Source: a virus (lineage: Duplodnaviria; Caudoviricetes). From it: a DNA stretch of 64,000 bases. The notes beneath the pieces were generated by a model that saw nothing but the letters and a program-made list of their open reading frames with translations, was not told the DNA's origin and searched no databases. The stretch is taken from positions 1 through 64,000 of IMG/VR virus record IMGVR_UViG_3300013121_000018, one strand, 5' to 3'. Below are positions 20,745 through 29,934 of this stretch, one piece after another. Within the stretch, counting starts at the first letter, position 1. The number at the start of each line of letters is the position of its first letter. The position numbers and the translations under genes were made by a program.

Positions 20745-23092
20745 ATAATTCCTTTTTGCATCATTTCAATTTTTCTTTGCTGTTTAATCTTATCAAAATC
20801 TTGAGCACCAAATACTCTTGAGTTTACAGAAAGAAAACCTAAAGGATTCTTATTATTTTTTTGTTTTAGTTGTTCTGTCATTCCATACTCCAATTCCTTA
20901 ATTACAATCGGTAATAATAGCAATGCAGATACAGCATCAAAGTTTCCATTATCAATATCATAGGCCATTATTTCTCGTATTGAATAAATACAAGGAATAG
21001 TTTCTATGAGTCTTTTCTTACTTCCCATTACATCAATCTCTTGTAACAACAAATCGTGTAACATGTCAAGCCATTGTAATTTAGTAACCTTACTAGAAAG
21101 CGGTATGCCATATTCTACAGCTACTCTTTGATATGCCGACTTTGATAAGAATGATGTTGGTGTTGGTGCTAGTATATAAGCTTTCTTCTTCTTAATATAA
21201 TGGTCACGATAACGCTCCATTCTGTTCTTTTCAATCCACAATCCATTAACAGGATTGCCATAAAACGCAATAAGCTTTTCTTGATTCTCTAAGTGTCCAT
21301 CAAGACCAGAAGCATTCTTACCAATGTAAGAAGCTACTATTGGGCCAGTAGGAGGCATTTTATGCCAGTATCTCGGATTGAGTACTACAAAGGTTACTCC
21401 TAGTGAACCACCAGCATCAAGTGCTTCAGACACATAAGTATCACATATTGCGAGATATTTGTCGTTTGGAACAAGTCCCGATTCTTCTTCTGGAAAACTG
21501 TATATCTGTATAGAGCCTTCAACATTATCAGTATCAACACGTACAGGATAATTAAAGATTGGTTTTGCAGCATAGTTGATTTCATGTCTTACACCATTAG
21601 GATACTTTGAATCCCAAATAAGATTAACCGGTGTACCTATCTTCTCATAAAGAAGATTTGTCATCAGTTCTTTTTCTCTAGCAGCAGCTTCTTCATAAGG
21701 AAGAATCTTAGCTTTAGTACCAAGCCACATTTCCGATGGTATCATCGGGTAGTTTAGTTTCTCACCACGAAGTACATCAGGATTATTGGATTCTGCTTTT
21801 TGTTCACGTATTTTTTCAAAGTGACTAATAGCTTCTTCAAAATCAGTATTACCATTGTCATCTTTAAACTTACCGTCTGTCATATATGCAGGTAAGAAGA
21901 ATCCTATCTGTCCTGTATGTTCCCATTCATCTGAGAACTGTACCATCCTATAATCTTTAGGATGTGTAAATATTTCCTTGGCTGGTTGTACTGCTTCAAT
22001 GTTTTCAGAAGTTCCGATAAGAACCTGTCTTCCAAAATACTTTGTACCAATACGCACAATAGCATCATTTGACTTATATACTCCTAAAAGTAATGGTGTC
22101 AAACCAATCTCTTCAATTACAGATACGTTATAACGACCACCAGCACCAGATTGTGCACCTTTACCTGAACGTTTATTTTCAGAATAAGTTACATGGTGTA
22201 ACTGTGATTTAGTTCCTTTCTTAATTTTCCTACCACCAAAGTCAACTTCATATTCATGCTTCCAAGGATTGTCTTTGTTGTTTGGGCCAATATCACCAAC
22301 CATATCCTTGTATAAAGGATTAGGTGTGTAATCAGGATCTCCTGGTTGACCATAAACACCAAGCATAGGATTTGTTGCTAATTCAAGCATTGCATCCTGT
22401 ACTTTCTGACACAATTCTGCAGACTTAGAAGTATCACCAGAACCTACAAGAACATTAATCCTTGGTCGATTCTTTCTGTTTTCTTCGGTGTAATACTTCA
22501 TACCATCAGTTATAAGCTCATGTAAAAGCTCACCTAATGATGTAAAGTATGATTTAGAACCACCACGAGAACCCATAGTAATAGTATTCTTGGTTCCATT
22601 TCTGTATAGTGGTGTATAATAAGGTTCATCAAAAAGCCTACGAATATATTCTACAGGATTGATAAACTCTTTAAACTTTCCGTTCGATGAAAATATATCA
22701 AGGTATTGTTCTGCTTTGTGCTTATGTCTATTGTATGAAAATACACGTTCATCACAAGTAAACTTGTCATCTTCTCTGAATCCAGAGAAACCTTTTGCTA
22801 CAAGAGATTGATATGCATATTCCCACATAATATCCCATAAAATAGGACGTATAGTTCTTCTTGTGTTTTCTATTTCATCCGTATCAATGATAGTACCATG
22901 ATTTACAGTGAAATACAGGTTGGCCGGCATATACCTAAACTTACCCCAATCTTCACCCCAATGTCCTTCTACAACACGTCGTATTTCTTCATACCAGTAA
23001 TTTCTCCATCTTGGATCATTCGGGTGATATGTCTTAATATCAAAGACAAAATTTCTTCTATTTTCTAATTTAATCCAAGGATACTTTTCCAT
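20741..23092 (-). CDS. terL: terminase large subunit
   Basis: Walker A-like GSRGGSKSY, Walker B VIEEIG, coupling motif IGT, nuclease ICDTY and C-terminal GNFDAVSA. Confidence 0.9.
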   Translation of the reverse strand: MEKYPWIKLENRRNFVFDIKTYHPNDPRWRNYWYEEIRRVVEGHWGEDWGKFRYMPANLYFTVNHGTIIDTDEIENTRRTIRPILWDIMWEYAYQSLVAKGFSGFREDDKFTCDERVFSYNRHKHKAEQYLDIFSSNGKFKEFINPVEYIRRLFDEPYYTPLYRNGTKNTITMGSRGGSKSYFTSLGELLHELITDGMKYYTEENRKNRPRINVLVGSGDTSKSAELCQKVQDAMLELATNPMLGVYGQPGDPDYTPNPLYKDMVGDIGPNNKDNPWKHEYEVDFGGRKIKKGTKSQLHHVTYSENKRSGKGAQSGAGGRYNVSVIEEIGLTPLLLGVYKSNDAIVRIGTKYFGRQVLIGTSENIEAVQPAKEIFTHPKDYRMVQFSDEWEHTGQIGFFLPAYMTDGKFKDDNGNTDFEEAISHFEKIREQKAESNNPDVLRGEKLNYPMIPSEMWLGTKAKILPYEEAAAREKELMTNLLYEKIGTPVNLIWDSKYPNGVRHEINYAAKPIFNYPVRVDTDNVEGSIQIYSFPEEESGLVPNDKYLAICDTYVSEALDAGGSLGVTFVVLNPRYWHKMPPTGPIVASYIGKNASGLDGHLENQEKLIAFYGNPVNGLWIEKNRMERYRDHYIKKKKAYILAPTPTSFLSKSAYQRVAVEYGIPLSSKVTKLQWLDMLHDLLLQEIDVMGSKKRLIETIPCIYSIREIMAYDIDNGNFDAVSALLLLPIVIKELEYGMTEQLKQKNNKNPLGFLSVNSRVFGAQDFDKIKQQRKIEMMQKGII

Positions 23093-23303
23093 TAATTTTC
23101 TTTTTAAAAAATATTATATTTTGGATATTTGTCTTTATGTTCAATATCTCTATAATATTTTGCAATTGCTTGTTTAGCATATCTATATTTCATAAAACAC
23201 CGATACCTCAATATATCCTCGATTGTATACTGTGTAGGATAATATGTAGGTTCAGACAAACGCATCCAATAATGTATGGTATTTCTTAACCATTCTTTTT
23301 TTG

Positions 23304-23846
23304 TCATAGATCACCTTTTTCTACAGGTGTTTCTTTTCTACCACCTCTTACACGTCCTACTTTTTCAGAGGATATATATTTCTGTTCAATTCTTTCAAAG
23401 TCAGAATAAATTTTATCATTCTTAGCAATTGCAGCATCAATATCCTTCATAGTATCAAGAGTGTAATCCATCTTACGAAGAATAACAGCCCTTCTAGTTA
23501 TAAAGTCTTTCATGTCTTTTAAAGACCGTGCTACAGCAGATAAACACAATTCAGGGTATTTATCAATTGCTTCTACTAATAGTTCATCATTCCAATCAAT
23601 TGCATCATAGAATGATTCTTGTATTGCTTCCCGTCTTTCTTCTTCAGGGATTCTGTAAAATCTATTCTTTTCTTCATCAGGGTCACACATGAAAAAAACT
23701 ATCGTCATAAGTTTCGACGATAGTTCTCCACCATTATCCAATTTATGTATTTTACTAAATGGATAAATTATTGCTAGTTGCCCATTAAAATCCCAAAAAT
23801 TTGTATCCTTTGTCCAGTTAGGAGGTAGGTTTACAAAATTGTTCAT
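23304..23846 (-). CDS. conserved crAss-like protein, possible small terminase
   Basis: Upstream of terL; helical with C-terminal RVRGGRKE. Confidence 0.4.
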   Translation of the reverse strand: MNNFVNLPPNWTKDTNFWDFNGQLAIIYPFSKIHKLDNGGELSSKLMTIVFFMCDPDEEKNRFYRIPEEERREAIQESFYDAIDWNDELLVEAIDKYPELCLSAVARSLKDMKDFITRRAVILRKMDYTLDTMKDIDAAIAKNDKIYSDFERIEQKYISSEKVGRVRGGRKETPVEKGDL

Positions 23847-24014
23847 TATTTAATTATTTTTACTGTTCCTTTTGTTAAGCCGTTTTCGAGTACAGTAATG
23901 TAAGTTCTATATGTGTAAAAGCTTCTAAAAAGATGACGATTATATTCTTCCTCTGACATTATTGTTTCTTCTTTCCATGTGTAAGGTTTACTTCTTTTAC
24001 GAGTTTCTGGGTAT

Positions 24015-24581
24015 TTAATTTGTACCCTGGTTCCCGGCAGAAGTTTCTGGTGACTCAACAACATGAGCTTTTATTTTCAAGATTTGTTGTGAATTGTCTG
24101 TAAACCAAACTGTAATATTATGACTACGATTATATTCTCTTTTTTTAACAATTGATGCTACAGTATCTTTTACTGCTTTATGTGTTACTTTTCCTGTAAC
24201 CACACCATCCTTATATTGTACTTCTGTACAACTACAATCTCCGTTTACACCACGAATACTTTTATCCCCAAAATACTTAAATTCAAAAGGAATATCTTTG
24301 GTGTCAGGCCAATTTGTTACTTGTGTTTCTGTTTTATCCCACATATCTATTTGTTGTGTTTTAACAGTTATTTTTTTACCCATAGGGAGCATAATTTCTC
24401 CATCAGGAAAAAACTCTGGATTTTTTTCCAAAAACTCTTTTTTAGTTTCTTGCTTTTCAAAAATAGTCATTGCTAATATATGTCTTAGCAATTCTCTACT
24501 TTCATCAGGAGTTAATAGAAAGTTCTTCTTGTCTTGTTCCAGTACTTCCTGGATTATCTTCTGAAAGATATTCATTTTCAT
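24015..24581 (-). CDS. DUF1573-like Ig-fold protein
   Basis: FEFKYFGDKSIRGVNGDCSCT...HNITVWF...LKIKAHV. Confidence 0.5.
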   Translation of the reverse strand: MKMNIFQKIIQEVLEQDKKNFLLTPDESRELLRHILAMTIFEKQETKKEFLEKNPEFFPDGEIMLPMGKKITVKTQQIDMWDKTETQVTNWPDTKDIPFEFKYFGDKSIRGVNGDCSCTEVQYKDGVVTGKVTHKAVKDTVASIVKKREYNRSHNITVWFTDNSQQILKIKAHVVESPETSAGNQGTN

Positions 24582-24825
24582 CTATTCTTTTACATGGTTT
24601 TCCACTCATAATTAATTCATAAGTAGAACAACCACAATGAAAACAAGTTCCGTTCTCAATACAGTCATTACATAATGCCGCTCTGTACATCATGTTCATC
24701 ACAGACTGTTGCTTAAATTCTTTAGCATATAAAAACTGTAATAAACTTCTGTAATAACCTAGTATTACAAATTTGATATTTTTAACATTCGATATTACAT
24801 ATACCGCTTTTTGGAGCAGTTTCAT
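24505..24825 (-). CDS. Cys-rich hypothetical protein
   Basis: CNDCIENGTCFHCGC...KPC. Confidence 0.5.
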   Translation of the reverse strand: MKLLQKAVYVISNVKNIKFVILGYYRSLLQFLYAKEFKQQSVMNMMYRAALCNDCIENGTCFHCGCSTYELIMSGKPCKRIDENEYLSEDNPGSTGTRQEELSINS

Positions 24826-25099
24826 AATTTTTAGTTGAAGCTATTGTTAAACCTTCTTGTAGGGTGTTTATACCAGTGGTATTATTTACAGAAAGGTATC
24901 CTGTATGAGTTTGAAAATTATAATAAGGCATACGATAAGGGTATATTGGATAAGTATTCCAATTAATAACAGTATTAGTTTCTAATTTCCATTCTTTCCA
25001 ATCAGGAAGAATTTTTTCAATTTTATCAAACAGTTCTCCAAGATTTGAAGAAGATTCTAGTTTAATAATTTTTCTATCAAAATCTAATTGAATTTTCAT
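24782..25099 (-). CDS. hypothetical protein
   Basis: ORF track; coupled to its neighbours. Confidence 0.5.
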   Translation of the reverse strand: MKIQLDFDRKIIKLESSSNLGELFDKIEKILPDWKEWKLETNTVINWNTYPIYPYRMPYYNFQTHTGYLSVNNTTGINTLQEGLTIASTKNYETAPKSGICNIEC

Positions 25100-25842
25100 T
25101 TTACAGCTTTCAATTTAAATAATTTTCTGTTATATTGCAACCTATAACCATCAAGAGTATTAATTTGCTTTGGATCTACATACAATCCAAATTGATTCTT
25201 TTGATTTGAAATATCAAAACCAAAATCAAATCTATTAGTAGTAAAACTTGTACCAGCACCAAGGTAAAATGACTTATCACCAGAAGTTTCTAGCGGAATG
25301 TATTTTACAGTTTCTGTAGCACTGTCTACAGTATCTTTAGAAACAACAACAGTATTAACAATTGTAGTCATCTCTTTCAACATAGTAGTATCTAATTGAT
25401 AATCAAGTTCATGTTTTGCTGTAGCAGGGCTATTAGCTTTAACAGTAGTTTTAAACTTGAATTTACACAAACCATAATTGTAAGATTTCTCAAACACAGT
25501 AGTATATATACTGTCTGCTTTTTCAATAGAAACTACAGGAGCAGTGTCAACAGAAGAAATAGTCTTGCCTTTTTTAACAGCATGTTCTTGAGTACTTGTA
25601 GTAGTCGTCGTAATATCTGCAATCAGTTTATTACTAATACATGTATCTTGATACACAGTTTTGACATCTGTTTTATATATTGTCTTTGCTGTTGGGTTGT
25701 GGAGAAAGTATCCGATGACGCCACCAATAAGAAATGCTGGCAGGATATAGATAAGTTGTTTTTTCATATTCTTTATATGTGTGGATAGCCATACCAAAGC
25801 GGCAAGGCTACCCAACATTATTAACAATTTAATATTTTTCAT
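25096..25842 (-). CDS. membrane-anchored protein with C-terminal amphipathic beta strands
   Basis: Two N-terminal hydrophobic helices; Thr-rich linker; FYLGAGTSF...GYRLQYNRKLF. Confidence 0.5.
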   Translation of the reverse strand: MKNIKLLIMLGSLAALVWLSTHIKNMKKQLIYILPAFLIGGVIGYFLHNPTAKTIYKTDVKTVYQDTCISNKLIADITTTTTSTQEHAVKKGKTISSVDTAPVVSIEKADSIYTTVFEKSYNYGLCKFKFKTTVKANSPATAKHELDYQLDTTMLKEMTTIVNTVVVSKDTVDSATETVKYIPLETSGDKSFYLGAGTSFTTNRFDFGFDISNQKNQFGLYVDPKQINTLDGYRLQYNRKLFKLKAVK

Positions 25843-26120
25843 TACGGCTGTTTACCAGTCAATACCCCAGTGATAAGACCTTCAATAGCATTTGCTATAG
25901 GAGAATCACCAAGTTCAATTTTCAATTGTTTTCCAGAGCAATCTTGTAGAGTTTTTACAAGAGATGAATATCCAAGGCGGACAAGCTGGAGATAATCATT
26001 TACATCAGTGATTACAAGATCACCATCTGTTTCAGATGCAAATAGAGCATCTAATTGTTTTACAGCATCAGACGAATTATCCAAATAACACGTCACTGTA
26101 GCTAATTGTTTATTCTTCAT
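25842..26120 (-). CDS. hypothetical protein
   Basis: ORF track. Confidence 0.5.
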   Translation of the reverse strand: MKNKQLATVTCYLDNSSDAVKQLDALFASETDGDLVITDVNDYLQLVRLGYSSLVKTLQDCSGKQLKIELGDSPIANAIEGLITGVLTGKQP

Positions 26121-26274
26121 TAAGAGAATTGGTTAAAAGTGTAATTATTTTATTTTTGAGTACAGCAAGTTCATCTTGTGACCAGAGTGATTGTGGTGCA
26201 CCATTTGGTGCCGATACTGTAATTGAAATAAGATGACGCAGTTGTTCAAGCGCGATTAAAGTTTGTTGATCCAT
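26110..26274 (-). CDS. small hypothetical protein (54 aa)
   Basis: MDQQTLIALEQLRHLISITVS...; fills the gap between flanking genes; below the ORF-track cutoff. Confidence 0.5.
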   Translation of the reverse strand: MDQQTLIALEQLRHLISITVSAPNGAPQSLWSQDELAVLKNKIITLLTNSLNEE

Positions 26275-26275
26275 T

Positions 26276-26878
26276 TTATAATGAAAGTTTAATTAAGTGA
26301 TTAGGTATCAAGAAATACCCGTAATGTTCGTTTTCAGGGTCTGTAGGATACTCTGAGAGTTCTAGTGCTACATCAGGATGTACAAATGCATTTACTCTGA
26401 TATAAGCATTATCTCCAGAACCAACAGCAACTACAGGCTTAAAAGTATTGTCAATCATGACAACATCGCCGACATTAATATCATCTGCAACTTTATTGGT
26501 TGCTACAATAACTGCTTTGTTTATAAAGGGATAAGGATTATCTACGCTATAAAGTTTGCCACGACCAGCATTGGTTGGTACTTCAATTGATAATGAAGTG
26601 GGAATAAGAACATCTCCTTCTTTAATCATAGGACGTACAAAGCATCTTACCAAGACATCAAATCTCGGTTTGAGTTGTGCATACTTCGGATTTACTTGCA
26701 AAATACTTTCGTTGTATTTCGTCAATTTTTCCTGGAAACTGTTGTCGAAGTGAAAGCTCTCTGTTATGTTGTTCTGCTCCTGTGAAGGTTCTGTCTTGGA
26801 TTGCTTCTCTTGTCCGTTGGTAGGCGAGTTCCACAAGTCTTTCATGCTCATTTTTGAACCCGGTTTGTCTTTTGCCAT
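26276..26878 (-). CDS. GroES-like co-chaperonin
   Basis: LKPRFDVLVR...EGDVLIP...KAVIVA...INVGDVVMI pattern of the cpn10 fold, with extensions. Confidence 0.55.
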   Translation of the reverse strand: MAKDKPGSKMSMKDLWNSPTNGQEKQSKTEPSQEQNNITESFHFDNSFQEKLTKYNESILQVNPKYAQLKPRFDVLVRCFVRPMIKEGDVLIPTSLSIEVPTNAGRGKLYSVDNPYPFINKAVIVATNKVADDINVGDVVMIDNTFKPVVAVGSGDNAYIRVNAFVHPDVALELSEYPTDPENEHYGYFLIPNHLIKLSL

Positions 26879-27152
26879 TTTCTTTTAATAGTTTGTAAAG
26901 TTCACCACAAATCACTACAAGACGTTTTGGCAGTGTCTTGTATGATAAGAGGTATCTAAGTTTAGGAATACTAATTCTTACTTGAAAGAACGGAGTTAAA
27001 TCTATATGTCCTTTTGCTGCATATGGTCTTACCGTATAATGTCTGAATCCATCTAGGAAGAAAGAGTTTACAACTTTTCTTACAAGTGCTTCAGGTAATC
27101 CAGTTTTAACAGCAGTTCTTTCAATAAGATTATCTTGTCTTAAGTCTGTCAC
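26658..27152 (-). CDS. HU/IHF-like DNA-binding protein
   Basis: LIERTAVKTGLPEALVRKVVNSFF helix pair followed by IDLTPFFQVRI strands. Confidence 0.5.
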   Translation of the reverse strand: MTDLRQDNLIERTAVKTGLPEALVRKVVNSFFLDGFRHYTVRPYAAKGHIDLTPFFQVRISIPKLRYLLSYKTLPKRLVVICGELYKLLKENGKRQTGFKNEHERLVELAYQRTREAIQDRTFTGAEQHNRELSLRQQFPGKIDEIQRKYFASKSEVCTTQTEI

Positions 27153-27355
27153 GATAAAACAATTTTATCTGTGAGTATTGTATGTTTTAATTCTGCTCCA
27201 TAAATTGTATCCATATCTTCTGAGTATAACTCAAACAATAATCTACGATACAGTTGTTCAGGAAGCACAATTCTTTTTACTGGTTTGCGTTTTCTAAGTT
27301 GAAATTTAAGAATCAAAAATATCAAGTTGTCTAAGGCTTCTGTTCTTTTTCTCAT
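27149..27355 (-). CDS. hypothetical protein
   Basis: ORF track; overlapping start/stop with neighbours. Confidence 0.45.
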   Translation of the reverse strand: MRKRTEALDNLIFLILKFQLRKRKPVKRIVLPEQLYRRLLFELYSEDMDTIYGAELKHTILTDKIVLS

Positions 27356-27732
27356 GGTATATTAAATGGAAATGTAAATTGTATTACATCAATTTTCTTT
27401 TCTTTGATTAGGGTTTTCATGTTTGCAATACCTTTATGTAAACTGTATTTACCCCTTTCATTTTTAATTAAAAGCCCTGCTTCAATAAGTCGTTTTCGCA
27501 TCATGTGGACATATTGAGGTTTATAGTTAAATTCTTTTCCAAGGTCTTTGTCTAGACCTTCAAACATAATCGTTTTAATATAAAACTCTATGTCAGCATT
27601 TGTAATCTCAACTCCTTTTAACTTCAGTACATTTAAATAAAACTCCCAAAACTTTTCTTCTGGATAGTTTATTGGTTCTTCAGGTGAATGAAGAACATGT
27701 TCCTTAAAAGGATTAATTATTAGTCTTTTCAT
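27352..27732 (-). CDS. winged-HTH DNA-binding protein
   Basis: LGKEFNYKPQYVHMMRKRLIEAGLLIKNERGKYSL. Confidence 0.55.
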   Translation of the reverse strand: MKRLIINPFKEHVLHSPEEPINYPEEKFWEFYLNVLKLKGVEITNADIEFYIKTIMFEGLDKDLGKEFNYKPQYVHMMRKRLIEAGLLIKNERGKYSLHKGIANMKTLIKEKKIDVIQFTFPFNIP

Positions 27733-27772
27733 TATCGCATATTAATCTAGTTTTGTTTTAATTTCTTTTTAG

Positions 27773-27794
27773 TTGCGGATATTGGAATCGAACC
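27773..27794 (-). pseudogene. 3' remnant of split tRNA (T-loop plus acceptor strand), tRNA-Met(i)-like
   Basis: GG-TTCGATT-CCAAT-ATCCGCA-A; acceptor strand pairs with 28376-28370. Confidence 0.75.
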
Positions 27795-27797
27795 GCC

Positions 27798-28337
27798 TTA
27801 TTTTTTTCTTTGAGAGGTATAAACACAATTACGGCTACAGTACATCTTTCCGGTAACACCTCTTTTCATCTGCATAGTGTAAACAGATTTCCTTATACTA
27901 AATATATCTTTACAGTATCCGCATTCTAATTGAATTAGAGGTTTTGAGTTTTTTCCTTTGTTTGATTCGGATAACTTTTTTCTAGTTTCTTCCGAAACTT
28001 CACGTTTAAAAGAACCTCTACCGCCCCCAGTTAAATTATAACCATTAATATTAGTTTCAAATTTTTGAATATAATATGTTTCTAAACAATCCAATTCTTT
28101 TTTTGTTATACTTATATCGTCAGATAATTCAATTACAGCAAGAATTTGTAAATTAAAGTTCTCTATTCCTTTATATTTAGATATTGCTTGTGAAAAATAT
28201 CTTCCTATAGAATCTTTATTTTTTAGATATTTCTTGTATCTCTCTTTAAAATTTATTGTTTGACCTATATAAGATTTGTTTATTGGAGAAGTAAACATGT
28301 ATATAACTCCTTTTCCTTCTATATTTTCTAAATTCAT
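27798..28337 (-). mobile_element. GIY-YIG homing endonuclease with NUMOD3 and C-terminal Zn finger, inserted in a tRNA gene
   Basis: GVIYMF...SYIGQT...ERY, ETYYI, GYNLTGGG, SEETRKKLSESNKG, CGYC...YCSRNC. Confidence 0.9.
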
Positions 28338-28353
28338 TAAATTTTAATTAATT

Positions 28354-28376
28354 AGTAACCACTACTCTAACCCGCA
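28354..28376 (-). pseudogene. 5' remnant of split tRNA (acceptor strand plus D arm), tRNA-Met(i)-like
   Basis: TGCGGGT-TA-GAGT-AGTGGTT-ACT. Confidence 0.75.
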
Positions 28377-28387
28377 TTATTATGTTG

Positions 28388-28458
28388 CACGGATAGAAGG
28401 ATTTGAACCCTCAAATCACAGTTTTGGAGACTGCTTACCACACCAAATGGGTATCCGT
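28388..28458 (-). tRNA. trnW: tRNA-Trp(CCA)
   Basis: Acceptor ACGGATA/TATCCGT, anticodon arm GCAGT-CTCCAAA-ACTGT, T arm GAGGG-TTCAAAT-CCTTC; atypical short D region. Confidence 0.85.
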
Positions 28459-28519
28459 ATAATGACGGGCATATGTAGTTTCTCTCATAGTACCCGTCTA
28501 ATAAACATATGAAAATAAA

Positions 28520-28895
28520 CTTTAAGGAATTACCCTGAAGTTTAGTTCCTCCTGTTCACCTGGTAACTGTTGACCTCTAGACACAGGTATGGTTCCGGTA
28601 ACAGGTATCTGCTCCGTAAACCTAATCACTGATTTTGGTGAATATGTTCTTATAAGAGTCTTTGACCTTTGGGACGGTTATTCTCATTAATCCCATGCCT
28701 TTCGGTTTAGACGATTAATGTTTTATGTCTAGGATGCAATCTTTTTAGCACTTGGCCGCATCACCCTCCTGTCAAATCTTTCAAATCATATTTCGTAAGA
28801 AGTCCTTATAACCAGAAGTTTCCTTCTCATACTCTGGGCCTACGAAAGTCATAATTCTTATAAATGATGTTCTTATTTGCCTTTGCATTTAAAAA
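28520..28895 (-). ncRNA. putative structured non-coding RNA
   Basis: ORF-free, GC-richer than flanks, several nested stems and GNRA tetraloops, directly downstream of a consensus promoter. Confidence 0.5.
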
Positions 28896-28901
28896 CGAGT
28901 A

Positions 28902-28933
28902 CAAAGATAAGGGAAAAAACTTATTTATCCAAA
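28902..28933 (-). promoter_or_regulatory. Bacteroidota sigma70-type promoter
   Basis: TTTG (28933-28930) - 20 nt - TATCTTTG (28909-28902). Confidence 0.8.
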
Positions 28934-29015
28934 TTTATTACAATATTTTTTTGATAAAAATTGAAGAAAAGGTCATAACTACATCATAAACCTAAAAAAT
29001 TTGATTGGAAAATAT

Positions 29016-29702
29016 CTACTTTTTTCTAAATCTATGCCGCAAAGTATCTTCTTTTATATTCAAAATTGCAGCGGCTTCTTTAAAAGAACTATATTCAACT
29101 TCATCGATAACAATACTTCTTGCTTTTGGCCCAGTTTTTTTAAATTTTTCTGGACAATCTTCTGTAAATGTAAATAAATATCCGCCTACACTTTTTCTTT
29201 TTGTTTTGGAATTTGGAGCAAGAGAATCGTATACTGATTTCTTCCTTATGTTTAATTTATTACAAGCCTCTGAAATTGAAACAAATTTACCTACAAAACT
29301 AAAATCAGATTTTTTCCAAACAAAAAGTTCTTTTTTATTTTTTGTATTTTGTTGATTTAATTTTTTAGATTCTTCAGATGTAACAAATTTTGTTAAATCT
29401 TGATTTGGTTCTTGTTGATTATATCCTTTTTTAGCAGAATCAAATTTATTAATATAGTATAATTCTCTTTCAGTCAACTCTTGTCTTGTAATGTATTCTA
29501 AAGAAGACCATGCTTCTATAACATTAAACATAAAACAATCTTTTCCATATTTATTATAGGCCGCCTGAAGATGTCTGTTGGGATGTTTATTGTTTTTTAA
29601 ATCTTTAAAGTGTCTTGATTTTCTTTCTCTTAACGATATACTTTGACCAATATAATTTTTGTTATTTTTTGTGTTTGTGATTTTGTAAATTCCAATATTC
29701 AT
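29016..29702 (-). mobile_element. free-standing GIY-YIG homing endonuclease
   Basis: GIYKITN...YIGQS...RH, RELYYI, GYN; C-terminal NUMOD1-like HTH. Confidence 0.9.
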
Positions 29703-29721
29703 ACGTTATTAATTTAGAATA

Positions 29722-29753
29722 CAAATATACGATATAAATCTTATTTTGCCAAA
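29722..29753 (-). promoter_or_regulatory. Bacteroidota sigma70-type promoter for the GIY-YIG gene
   Basis: TTTG (29753-29750) - 20 nt - TATATTTG (29729-29722). Confidence 0.75.
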
Positions 29754-29934
29754 CATTTTAGCATTAATTTTTCCTATATTAATCGGGTTTAAATTGTATA
29801 TGTGTCAGTTACCTCGAAACAACCCCCCTCACAAATTTTGGAGCGGGAATACCCCCGTCTGTTTTCACAGACGAATTCCGATTTTCAATCGGAAATTCCG
29901 TCAACTTTTCTGTCATCATTTCAATTCTAATATC

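Noticed and set aside
26658-26878. 221-nt dual-coding overlap of the HU-like and GroES-like ORFs
   Set aside because: No motif supports both frames; likely a chance read-through tail or a later GroES start.
27773-28376. Self-splicing intron in the tRNA
   Set aside because: Only 16 and 3 nt flank the ORF, there is no ribozyme core, and the anticodon arm is absent, so splicing could not restore a tRNA.
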